Shown: positions 27,098-38,709 of the stretch, piece by piece
Layout of the letters: every line of letters starts with the position of its first letter
Position numbering within the stretch: position 1 is the stretch's first letter
Source: Ruditapes philippinarum
Taxonomy: Eukaryota
Assembly (NCBI RefSeq): GCF_026571515.1
Contig: NW_026858926.1
Coordinates: 1 to 64,000, forward strand
DNA: 64,000 nt
Direction of reading: 5' to 3'
Notes under the pieces: generated by a model
Seen by the model: only the letters and a program-made list of their open reading frames with translations
Told to the model about the DNA's origin: nothing
The model's database searches: none
Made by a program: the position numbers and the translations under genes

Positions 27098-30000
27098 ATT
27101 CTTGCTGTTGTTGTTTAGGAAAATAATAAAGTTCGTGAAAATCCGGAAAGTATCGTAATTTCTTATGTCTTGTCTTATTAAAAATGGCTAATGATGTACG
27201 AACTAACCTTCATGTGTATTTGTGGACAGAGGATAATACATCGCTTGGCAAATCTGCTGAATATTAAGAAAGTGATAAAGAACAATTTATTTATTTATTT
27301 ATTCTATCGCAGGTGAGCTTGCGTTACGAGTCAATTGACGACGCAGAATTAGACATCTACGTTACTCTGTCAGGATTCATTTTCTATACGGTAACTTGTT
27401 AATTATTAAATTGTCCTCTGAACATCGTTGATATATTTCATGTTTACGATTATATATTGATATTTATGATGTTAATTTAAGAGGTAGTTAGGCGGGTGGG
27501 TGAGCCGGGGGAGACACGGGGATGAGACTGAATACTAAGGTCGGGAAGGGTAATATTATTGTAGTGCGTACAGTAGTACATCTGCATAGAATCAAGTGAC
27601 GGTGTGACATTTTTTAAGTCTATCATGTACACACTTTTATAATCAGTTTAAAGTGATGAAATACATTTGTTTCATGTGCTTTGTTCTTCGGGGGATGGCA
27701 CATTCAAATTTCCTTCTTTATCCGGCACTTTTGACACTGAACAAAAGTGTAGCCATGTCTGGTCATGGATTTCATAATTCTTATCAGAAAATGGTTTTTG
27801 TCATAAGAATTATCTAAATTCTTTCTGAAAATACTCAGCTTTCATACTTTTTTTGTTTCCTCCATTGAAACGCACTTTGTCGACTTTGGATTTTTCCTTC
27901 ATATCTCAGACATCTTAATGGACTATAATATTAGCAAAAGCACTGGGTGACAACACAATCTGCTGTTTCACTGATTACCTATCCATCATACGTGGTTAAA
28001 AAGTTGTCACTTCTTAAGGACCCATGTTATCCTTTGACCTTGTTCTCAAAAGGTTTAGACAACCAATATCAATGTGCTAGAAAAATGAAAGGAGTAGTAT
28101 CTTTGTCTTAATAAACTCCTGAAAATATGACTTCTTCCCTTTTGCCACTTGTTTTATTTTTATTATTTTGCACCTCCCTTCCCCGGATCTCGAGTCCCTT
28201 TCCCCTTTGCCCTTTTACTTTGTGGACCTATTAAATCACCATTTATTTGTGTTTTTTTTTAATTTCCTTGTCAGTGATAATTATTTCCTTTTAAGTATCA
28301 TGTTAGTGATAATCCCACCCGTGCTCTGTCTCGCGCCCTATCCGGTTTTTGTTTTGGGTCCTCCTGGGGTCCTTGCCACTAGTTCTTGTTGCTGGGTCGT
28401 GTGGGGGTTGTATTCATTGAACGCCGCATTTCCTATCATATTTTAGTAACATTTACATTATTGGCACAAAATTATGCAATATGTACTAATGTTCTGAGAC
28501 CTTTTTCAGACATCTTTATGTCGCCTTTAATACTTAACTCTTGCATTCAAATTATAGGCGGTGAACAGCACGAGCCCAGTACCTCCGTCAGCTATAGTAA
28601 CTGAAAACGGTGTTGAGTATGCCGACTGCGATATGTACTTGAATAATCTGGTGACATGGGCGCAGAATCTCGAGAATCTCCCCGATAACGACCACATCGC
28701 GGTGTTTACTGGGTAGTTACTTTTCCCGTTGTTTTGTTTAGTTAATAAATTTTACAAAGTCAGCACCAGAAATTGTATATCACGAGTGGCGTAGTGAAAT
28801 ATGAACTTCTGGTGTTCACGGGTTGAAATATATATTTCGATCTTCATATAAACTAAACAAATTTTCTCTTAAATATACGAAAATAATCAATCTAAAACTA
28901 AATGAAAGCGCGCCGAATAATTATACAGTTAGGTTGGTTTCCAGTACTCTGTACGATGGAATTTCAGTGAAACAACGTAACGGGCTTAAAATCAAAACAA
29001 TTAAATATTAGTTTGATATTTCACTGATACATTTCTATAAACCACCGAAAAGCATGTAATAAACATTCTTGTAACCCTCTATAATTGTAACATAAAAAGT
29101 AAATTGGAAATTAAGACCATCCATATATATGTAATTATTTATTTTCAGATATGATTTGTATGCAAGTGCGCCACAGTATAACAGCGTTGCAGGATATGCG
29201 TGGGTCGGAGGGGTTTGTAACGATTACAGGGTTTCTGTGAACGAGGCTGGTACCTACTTTGAGACGGTGTCTGTCGCCGCACATGAGCTCGGACACAAGT
29301 ATGTCCAATAAATAGAGAATACCATGCTAGTGTCTGATATTACAAATTCATGGCTAAGAAGAAAAAAAGAAGGGCGAAGCTCTGTCGAGTCCTTCAATTT
29401 TTTTTCGTGCCGAGCCTGATCAATTTTGTAATATCAGACTTTTGTTTGGTATTCTGTTTATCATTATTTCAATTTTGATATGCGTTTCTAGAACAAAACC
29501 TGTCAAGAACATCTCGAGTTCATGCCGCGCGCAGTAATATATGTTAAGGGTATAATCAATAAGAAATAGTCCCAAATGTTTTAGTTAAATTTAATTAATA
29601 TTTTTAAAATAATGTGTTCGATTCAAAGTTTATCAATTTAATATTTTCAAACAAGTAAGAGGTAAAAATACTCCGTTCTATTAATTTTATTTCAATATGT
29701 ATTTATTAAGTGTCTGATCAAGCTGAGGGTGACTGATAAAGCTGAGGGTGACTGATAAAGCTGAGGGTGACTGATTAAGGTGAGGGTGACTGATAAAGCT
29801 GAGGGTGACTGATAAAGCTAAATTTAAGAAATCAATGCACTGAATTGATATTTAAAGCCTCTCTATTTTTCTCTGTTTTAGTTTGAATGCCTCTCATGAC
29901 AACGCCACAGATTGTCCGACCACAGACAGTTACATTATGGCCCCCTCTACAGCTAATTTCGAGCTAGGCGAGCCCTACTCTGTTAACCCGTGGAGATTTT

Positions 30001-31911
30001 CTACATGTTCAATAGACTCTTTCAAATCTTTTATCGACTCCCTTGGCACAGGCAGGTGAGTAGATTGAAGAAATTTTTAGCGTGTAATCGCGATATACCG
30101 CGGCGTCTATATGACGTATGGTCACGTGATAAAATGTCCTGACTTTGGATTTCTTGCTTTGTGTAGATTATATTACTGAAAACAGGCTTTTCGGTTCATT
30201 TACAAAACATTTATTTTCAGTTCTGAAGACTTGCAATTTACCATTTTATTGTTTCGTCTGTTACAGGGTAACTTAGACACATAGGGCTCACTTCTCAGTC
30301 GTCTGTCTGTACGTCTGTCCGACACAAAACATGTCCGGACTACTCCTTAAAAAACTGGTACTGCCATTACATTTAAATTAACAATGCAATAACCATCTGG
30401 AAAACATAAATAATTAATTTATACTGCACGAATTTAACGGGAAGAAAAGGAATGTAGGGATAACTGTCTCATTATCGGCACAAACTTATTTCTCGGCGTT
30501 CTTCGTCAACTTCCGGAAAATTTGATTGAAATTAAAGAAGATGTTATTTTATTTTCAGCGGAAACTGTTTGCTTGACGCTGGGAGTTATTACGATTCTTC
30601 TGAATACGAAGATCACGTCAATACAATGCCTGGAGAGTTGCATTCCGTGGATGAACAGTGTGAACTATTGAGGGGAGATAACTCTGTTTTGTACACAGAA
30701 ATAACGGTGATCCTCGTTTTCGTTTAAAATTGTCCAGTTAAAATATTCCATGATTATAAAACTATTTTTATTACAATGCCGTTATGTCTACTGTATATTT
30801 ATTTGTAGATTGAACCTTTAAGCTTAACATTATGCCACGGATTTATATTACAAATCCGTGATTATGCTATGTACGGAAATGGATTTTTATATGTTTTTAA
30901 GGATTCGGAGTCAGAGGAAATTTGTCGGACAATGGCGTGTATAGATGAGAACAATTACTATGCCATTTATGCCGCTGCACGTGGAACTCCGTGCGGCCCT
31001 GCGTCTGAAAATAAGGTAAGTTATTTACAGTAACAATAGTCTTGAACGTTTCTGCCAAACACCTCACAGTGATTATCTCCCTTAACAGATTGTAACATTT
31101 TTTTACTGATAAGGGGAGATCACTGTGTAGAGGATTACATCTCTGCAAGTGTCATAGGGTATAAAGTACTAAACTATATATGTTTTTAACTTTTTAATTT
31201 TAGGTACGCCTAAATTTAACTTGAAGCAGACAATTTATTGACAGTGTTTTATTATATCATGCTCTTTAATTTCACGTTAAGTATCATTTCAACACCTGAA
31301 TGAGTATAGTAGTCGTTTTATTTTTCTCAAAACATCAAGGTACATACAGCATCATTTATACATCAAAACAGTTTCGTGGCGTTCCAAATTAAATTATATG
31401 TACTGTATAAATTATTCAGTTAGCGATGCAGAAATATTGGCGAAATCCGCGAATTGACGAGTCACTTAATTTTCCTCTAGCGTAAATATCAACTTGTCAC
31501 GGAAATTTAGCTAATATTTCCTCACGCAAAATTTGTTGAATTTAAGTTATCTTACTTTTTGACACGCAGAAATGTCCACTTATACAGTAATTGTTGAACA
31601 GGAATCGTGTGTATACTGTAATATCTTGTTCATTTTTACATACATCTATGATAATTTAAAACATTTGGGCGTGTCAAGCTTTAGGCCCTTTCCGTCAAAC
31701 TTCATATAAGGACGACATTCGGAACACCTGGACAGTTTTTCAATACTCATAGGTCCTTCCTTATACGAAGAATGACTGAAAGAGTCGATTGTAAAATCAA
31801 TTTGTTTGTGTTTCATCCTGACATTGGTGATTATGTTCTTTTTTCTTCAACATAGTGGTGCATCGAAGGACTGTGTGTGAGCAAATCGGAAACCAATTCA
31901 GGTACTGTATA

Positions 31912-31973
<62 letters not shown>

Positions 31974-33954
31974 TAATATAGATCTAGACACAATGTATTC
32001 CATCACATCAAAGGTGTCCAGTCAGTTCAATAGGTATAGCGTTTGACTGTGAATCGAGTGCCCCGGGTTCGATTACCAAACGGCGCAGTTCACTTTCTTT
32101 GTTATTGACAGTCACTGAACCTCTGCTCTGGCATGTTCAGAAGTTATAAGTTTCTTGCTAAAGTAATGGCAACAAGTACTGGTAAACTACTGGTATATTC
32201 ATGTGGCCAACTGGCGTGATCCGGAGTGAAAACTACCAACACCACCACTCCATCAGACCATATCAATCAATCCTAGTTTTTTTCCAGAGCCCAGAATAAC
32301 CATAGTAAACCTATATTGTATTACATCCAGCCTCGTCAAAACATTCCATATCAAGAGCTTCGTTTTCTTCTAGTTCAAAAAAACAAAACCAAAAAAAAAA
32401 CCATATCAAATTAGTTTTGTACTGTAAGTAATTGTACTTTTGATCTAATTATAATAATATACTATTATGAGTGTTTTAATAAATCCAATAAACGTTCTTT
32501 TTAAAATTTATATTGTTGTCAAATAAAAAAGCTCATGATACTTAATGTCTTGTATATTGTTGAATACAATATTGATTATATTGTACCCGTACACCGCAGC
32601 AAAACCTATATTGTACTCAGCTAACGCCTCGTTCAATACACCTTTTACTGCTGTCTATTGTATTCAACAATGTAAATAATGTGTTTATGTATATAAATAA
32701 GGCACAAGCAACGAAACAAACACGAATACTGGAACAAACACGGACAACACGAATACTGGAACAAACACGGACAACACGAATACTGGAACAAACACGGACA
32801 ACACGAATACTGGAACAAACACGGACAACACAAATAATGGCACAGACACGGACAACACAAAAACTGGAACAAACACTGACAACACTGGTGGTAGTGAAGA
32901 GTGTGCTGATACGGGATATTTTGATGGAACGTGGACTTGGTCATGTGACGAGCTAAATACCTATTTCAAGGATAATTTCAATGCCGAGACGGCAGACTGG
33001 TGCCAAGATACAACCAACGGCTGGGCCAACTACTGTTGTGCAATGTGTTCAGGTAAGAAGTTCGATCTTGTATATACAAAGCTAATATAATGTGCAATGT
33101 CAGGAAATAAACTTTGTTAAAGAATGTCATAAGTCACACACCAGAACTTTTTTCTATTTTTAAAAGTTATGGTGTTCCGGGCGTGTAAAGGCAGCAACTG
33201 TTATATTTTGTTGATGAATAATTTCTACTATGATATTTTAGCAACCGGAACGTCCTCGACTATTATTCATAAATAAATAATCTGAAGACTGACGGAAAGG
33301 GCCGAGAAGTTGCGATTGATATTTTAGTACAGTTATATGTCCTGTGTAAATTGTGTCATGGTTTCTCCCCATTGAACTTTAAACTGTATTTCTTAACATA
33401 AATGATCTTATAAAAATGATTATTGTGTAAACGTTTAGATGCAAGTACCGGAACGGGCACGGATAATACCGGAGGGACAGATACGGATAATACCGGAGGG
33501 ACAGATACGGATAACACCGGAGGGACAGATACGGATAGCACCGGAGGGAATGAGGAATGTATCGACATAGGATATTTTGATGGCGCAAAGACATGGTCAT
33601 GCACCAAGTTGAAAAGATATTTCAAGAACAACTACAATGCAAGGCCTAAAGACTGGTGTCTTGATACAGAAAATGGCTGGGCTGACTACTGTTGTGACAT
33701 GTGCTCAGGTTATAACTGATTTTCGTAATTTTATTTCCTTGCTTTGCAACTCTTACATTTTGTTTGTCTTTCTCTGAAATACGAAAACAACAGTCAAACC
33801 CTGAAGCATAGACCACCGCTGGAACACGGTTAGAGAAACGATTCTCTTATAACTGTATATTTTGCTGCCATTAGCACATAGTTGTATATTATTTTTGTAT
33901 TGCAGTTAAAATATTCTGAGTTTTATGTTTTCCTTTTCAGAGTATGTGAAGTAA
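21712..33954 (+). CDS. ADAMTS-like M12B (reprolysin) zinc metalloprotease, ~770 aa: signal, prodomain, catalytic domain, disintegrin-like Cys domain, then two (T/N/G/D linker + PLAC-like) modules; one frameshift near 26955
   Basis: Exons 21712-21760, 22967-23205, 24070-24159, 24543-24708, 25340-25422, 26641-26732, 26947-27041, 27313-27390, 28558-28712, 29149-29298, 29882-30055, 30559-30706, 30902-31015, 31856-31901, 32702-33052, 33439-33708, 33941-33954, all GT-AG. Furin site RRQKR; zinc motif HELGHNLNASHD; Met-turn IMAP; DEQC...GTPCG...WCIEGLC; AATAAA near 34238. Confidence 0.9.
21782..21863. repeat. (ATT)n microsatellite
   Basis: direct reading. Confidence 0.95.
21904..22250 (+). repeat. 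dispersed repeat; direct copy at ~51540-51800
   Basis: taaatgaaatattgagaaatatt...ttttctgctaaattcagccaatat...ggatttattttcatcttg is shared. Confidence 0.8.
29149..30055 (+). CDS. catalytic-site exons of the ADAMTS-like protease (29149-29298 and 29882-30055)
   Basis: GYAWVGGVC...VAAHELGH|NLNASHD...YIMAP...WRFSTCS. Confidence 0.93.
29716..29820. repeat. 19-bp minisatellite (gataaagctgagggtgact), ~5 copies
   Basis: direct reading. Confidence 0.9.
31915..31972. repeat. (AAT)n microsatellite
   Basis: direct reading. Confidence 0.95.
32015..32250 (+). mobile_element. tRNA-derived SINE; related copy at ~36031-36310
   Basis: A-box-like cagttcaataggta and B-box ggttcgattacc; shared 3' part agtactggtaaact...ccggagtgaaaact..caacaccaccac. 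Confidence 0.65.
32702..33708 (+). CDS. two duplicated phase-1/1 exons, each a minisatellite-coded T/N/G/D linker plus a 6-Cys PLAC-like domain
   Basis: 27-bp (NTNTGTNTD) and 24-bp (DNTGGTDT) coding repeats; CxDxGYFDGxxTWSC...DWCxDTxNGWAxYCCxMC in both exons. Confidence 0.85.
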
Positions 33955-34319
33955 AAGAAAACTACAACAATATGCAAATAATAATTTTACCTCTACCTAT
34001 GACGTATGACGTATGATCAAGGTTCTAACTAAACACAAACTCTTGTCTTTTAGTAACCTCTTACATCATTTTAACAATACAAAAATATGAAAACAATATC
34101 ATTGTCTCTCTTTTTTGTAAATTCTTCAGAGTTTCTAATTAATTAACACTAAATTTCAAGTTCATAATATTATAATGAAAAAAAGAAAGTAAGTTTAGAC
34201 CTCCGTGTTCATGTATCATACAATTTTAACTGTCTGAAATAAACGTCCTCTAACATATAGTAATCCTGTTTTGTTTTTTATTTGATTTTATATATGATCA
34301 TGTATCAGGTGTTACTTAA

Positions 34320-34685
34320 AGCGGCCTCCAGCTTTTATTTTCTGTTGGAAAAAAACAATGCTATGTTGTTTCAAACTAAGTATTTCAGTAATAATTTCAT
34401 CTTGGAAAATGCATTACATCACTGTAAATCTTCTTCAAACAGCGTCCCGCGAGCTATTTATAAACGCAACAATGACATTCGTTTCTAAAAATAGAAGTTC
34501 ACTAATTTAAATATAGAGAGCACACCGGTAGAGTAGAGATCGAGGGGATAAACCATCATTGTCTTATGTATCATTTCGTCGGCAAATTTCATATGCTACC
34601 TTAATTCTTTTGATCTGATAATTTTATATAAAACGATTTATCTAAAAATAACATATTTTAACCTTTTGAAAAGCTAAAGGCCGCT
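34320..34685. mobile_element. TTAA-flanked MITE (Kolobok-like); copies at 43783-44139 and, partial, ~48200-48263
   Basis: TTAA|AGCGGCCT...AGGCCGCT|TTAA; internal sequence shared with 43783-44139. Confidence 0.75.
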
Positions 34686-37012
34686 TTAACGTGATGGTGT
34701 CCATGCGACCAGAGCAGCCAAGATCAGTTTACCATGATTATGGGTGGAACAAATTAGATCTAGCACCAAAATAATTATTACTCTGCATTATACAAACTGT
34801 TACAAACAATTGTTTGTGACTTCATTTTGAGACATGAAAATTTATCCAAGCTTCATTGTCAAACAAAATTGATGTGCAAAGACAGAAGAAAAGTTTCAAG
34901 CATCGTCATGTTTAACAAAAAGTGAGAAGCCTTTGGATAAAGGATTGGAGCAGTACCTTTAGACGCCTGCAGAGTCAGGATCACAAAATAGACAAATATC
35001 GTTTTGTTTTTTTCTCGCAGATTCTTGCATCTTGCATTCATTATCAAATATAGATAAATAAGACCTTTAAAAGTTTATTAAGTAGGGTGAAAAGGCGACA
35101 TTTAAGCCTTTAATAATTCAAGCGTCTTTTCCGGTGTGTACTGGATTACGGTATTTAGTGTGGTGCTCCAATCCTTTTTTTAGTCTCACTATTAACCTTT
35201 GCCACCGGCAGTAGAGAGCCAGTCTGGCTCGGCATTATACTATTGACTTCAAATATCTCTTACGGTCTGTTTCAAATAGTTAGGTGGACAAATAATTTCA
35301 GGAAAAACTCAGCAGGTAAGAAATAAATAGCATTTGTCGGCTGTGTATAGCTTTCTTACATTAAAGAATTCAAAGCATGTCTAGATCTGGATGGTACGTT
35401 GCAGGGCCTTTCAGCATATAAGCAACGGGAGAGAGATGTAGGTACAAACAGAATACGGCTGATTTGAAGTCGTATACTGTCTTTGCTAGCACAACACCAT
35501 CACACAGTTAATTCCAATGGATAATTGTACGTGGGTAAAATGATTGGTTATAACTTTTTACACTGCACAGTTTTAAAACATTTAGAGTGATTTATTATCT
35601 GCTTTGCAATAATGTTATCTGTGGCACAAATTTCAAAAGTCTGTGAATCAAACCAACAAAGGTGAGGGACAATTAATTGATTTAAAGCCAGCTACCTAAA
35701 CCGATTGAACACGGAGGGTTTTCAACCACTAGTCTCTCCGACTTTGTGCATATGTAGATCTGACGAGTAATGAACAGGTTGCAAAATCAAATCATAATTT
35801 TCCGTAAAATTCATGAAATTAAAAAAAAAGTCATAAAAATCATTTTTAAAGAATATTGCTTTAATGTGTTTAAGTTTTCTGTCTGTTATTTACGCGACCA
35901 AGCAATAGTGGCAACCCGAATATTTAGATCTGCTTCAATGAAATTAAATTTTGTAGGCCGTTATATTACAACTCCAAGTCACAATATTCTAGCAGCAAGT
36001 CGTCAGACATACAACCAAGCTGAAACTTTAGCCGTCCGGTTAGCTCAACAGGTAGAGTTCGATTCCCAGACGGTGCAGGTCACTTTCGTTGTGATGCCTC
36101 ATGAAATCCTTTCTACGACAATTTGCTCTGTACATTTGCTCTACCATGTACAGAAGTTTCCGTTCCTTGCAAAAGTGAAGGCAACTAGTACTGGTAAACT
36201 GTTTGACAGCTTGCCCACGAACGGTGCCTTGGCTGAACTGAGCTCTGGTAAATTCAATGTGGCTTACTGCCGTAATCCGGAGTGAAAACTTCCAATACCA
36301 CCATCACAACCAAGCAGAGGATTGAATCTCAGACATATACTAGTATTGCATATGACGTTTTTAACCATTTGGCTTTCATTGAGTAAGTTCAGCTACAGTA
36401 TCAGTGTAAATTTGGTTTAGCCAGGTCCAGAATTGAAAAAATACTGACCTTCTACCACTAGGCCACCGCTTTGTTAGTACAAATCAGGAAAATAAAATCC
36501 ATACGTGCCATATTATTATTATCGATATTTATTTTTTAAAAAAAACCCACACATTTCAATGTACATAATTAATATCACACAATATATATTTTGAGTTATG
36601 ATAAAATAAAATATTTTATTACCCTTGCATCAAATTATCCCTTCGTAACTTATTTACAATGTACATCACACATAGCCTACATGTCAATAAGTTTTATATA
36701 CTATAATGTCAATCTCAATATACAGCTATTTTCTTTTTTATTTTAAAATCTTTCTTCATTTTTTTTTCTCTTATTATTATCCTCAATAACACATCGAACA
36801 CCAGTTCACACTTACCAAACACTTTAATTTATAACTGATATGATTGTCTCACACAGATCCGAGTTAAAAATTCAAACAACAAACCAGTCACAGCATTGGA
36901 GCTTTCTCATTGGTCAATTCAAATTCTGAAATACAGACCAGCCAATCATATGCTGAGGAATATGGCCCAGTCTAAAATTATTTATAGAATTTCATCCTAG
37001 TGTAAATTTGTA

Positions 37013-38709
37013 TCATCTGCTTGAAGTAGGAACTGATTGGATCGATGTTTCAAGCCCCGCCCTCACATTAAAAATGTCCTGCCTTCCTGTTGACGCCTCA
37101 GTTTGGATGACATTTGCTTTTTTCCTTGTGTAATGCTTTGACTTTGAGACTTTAGGTAACTCACTAGGGAACAAAGACTCAGGATGGTTGTTCATATGAT
37201 CGTCTGAATCGTAAACATCTGAGAACGTATCCAGCCTGAAAAATTATTTTAACTTGTATACCAGTTGATATGATATATACTGTATTATCATGTTAAATAA
37301 AGATTTTGTTTTTCAATTTAACCAATAGTCCAAAATTTAATGTGCTTTTGACAAGAATAAATTGCATATTTTGCACTTAAAGACTATATTAAGCTATATC
37401 TCATGAAGTATTTTTTTATAAAATTTAGTAATAGAAAGAGCACCGAAACACGAGGCTGTCTGATTTGTACGAGGGGGCATAGCCCCCGAGTATAAATCAA
37501 GATTGCCGAGTGTTTTGGTGTTCTTTCTCTTTTGTATCATAGTCAAACATAAAAACACGTTCTCTGCTGTCACAATATGAAACCCCGGGAAAAAGGAACC
37601 AATGAACGAGCATCTGAATATGATATTTCTGTCGCTTTCCCTTTCTCTTCCATCACAATATGTAAACCCCAACAAAAATGTTAACAAAGTGCGGGTAACT
37701 AATACCTGCACTCCAGTTAACGCACTGTGCATGCATATGTATACGATTTAACTCTGACATATTTTCAACAGAAAGGTCCCCAAACTATGATAAAATAAAT
37801 AGTAAAATAATGTTGTTTCCATAAACTTATGGTCGATTCTTAGAAGATTTGTAATATATACGAAATGTCTCTCTTATTTAACACGCATAAATATTGTATG
37901 TAAACAGAATTAAACGTTCCGGAACAAAAACATGCTGTTATTGGAATTTAAGCTATTAAGTTTTTACTGTTTAAGAAATGATTTTTTGTGCATGACCCAT
38001 AGGTTTCAATCGTACAGGTATATTTGGAATTATTCTTCTTTGTCAAAAAATAAAACAAACAAAATGTCAACTACAGACAGCAGACGGATAGCTACATAAA
38101 CTTTAACGTTCTGGATTTGTTCTGCTTGACATTTAGAACAGTCCAATTGAAGTTCAATGGGTTTCAGTGTCAATATAAATATAATGAAATGTCAATGGTA
38201 TAGTATCTGGTCATAAAGGCTTAGTAGACCGCCTATTGTAGGCCGCCTATACTCGTAGCAATGGCTAGTCATTCTCTTGTTTCATCACGTTAATCATGTT
38301 CATAATCTGTATCAGACTAACTGATCAAAAAATAGGAAATTAGCTGAATTTTATGCCAGAACATATTGTACGAAGTCTCTATAAAGCGGCCAACAGACTA
38401 TAGGAGAATATTGATTATCGAGGTTTTGTGAGCAAACTGAATAATTTCAAACATGAAATAATTTGATGCCCATTAAAGCAGGGTCAAAAGTCAGAAGCAG
38501 ATATCATCCCTTAACAAATGTATATTCATTTGACAACCGTATATCTATTTACATTTATCAAATATCTATCATTTGGAGCCAAAAAGTTGTGAAATATCTG
38601 CAACCGTAACTTACCAGAAGTAGTTGACAGCTACACAATAGTATATGATCAAGCCAATGGAGAGAAGGATCGTGAGAACCACGTATGGCATAGCAACTGG
38701 CTCTTGTTC
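37013..38709 (-). CDS. distal alternative 3' cassette B of the C2H2-like membrane protein: TM exon 38615-38709 and tail exon 37013-37235
   Basis: EQEPVAMPYVVLTILLSIGLIIYYCVAVNYF|WLDTFSDVYDSDD...SKHYTRKKANVIQTEASTGRQDIFNVRAGLETSIQSVPTSSR*; phase-0 acceptor compatible with exon 52461-52528. Confidence 0.8.

Noticed and set aside
32645-33631. Minus-strand and alternative-frame repeat ORFs (CCPCLFQYS, VLSVFVP, LEQTRTTR)
   Set aside because: Shadows of the plus-strand linker exons of the protease.
35770-36285. 171-aa ORF
   Set aside because: Runs through AT-rich DNA and a SINE copy; no recognisable motif or splice context.
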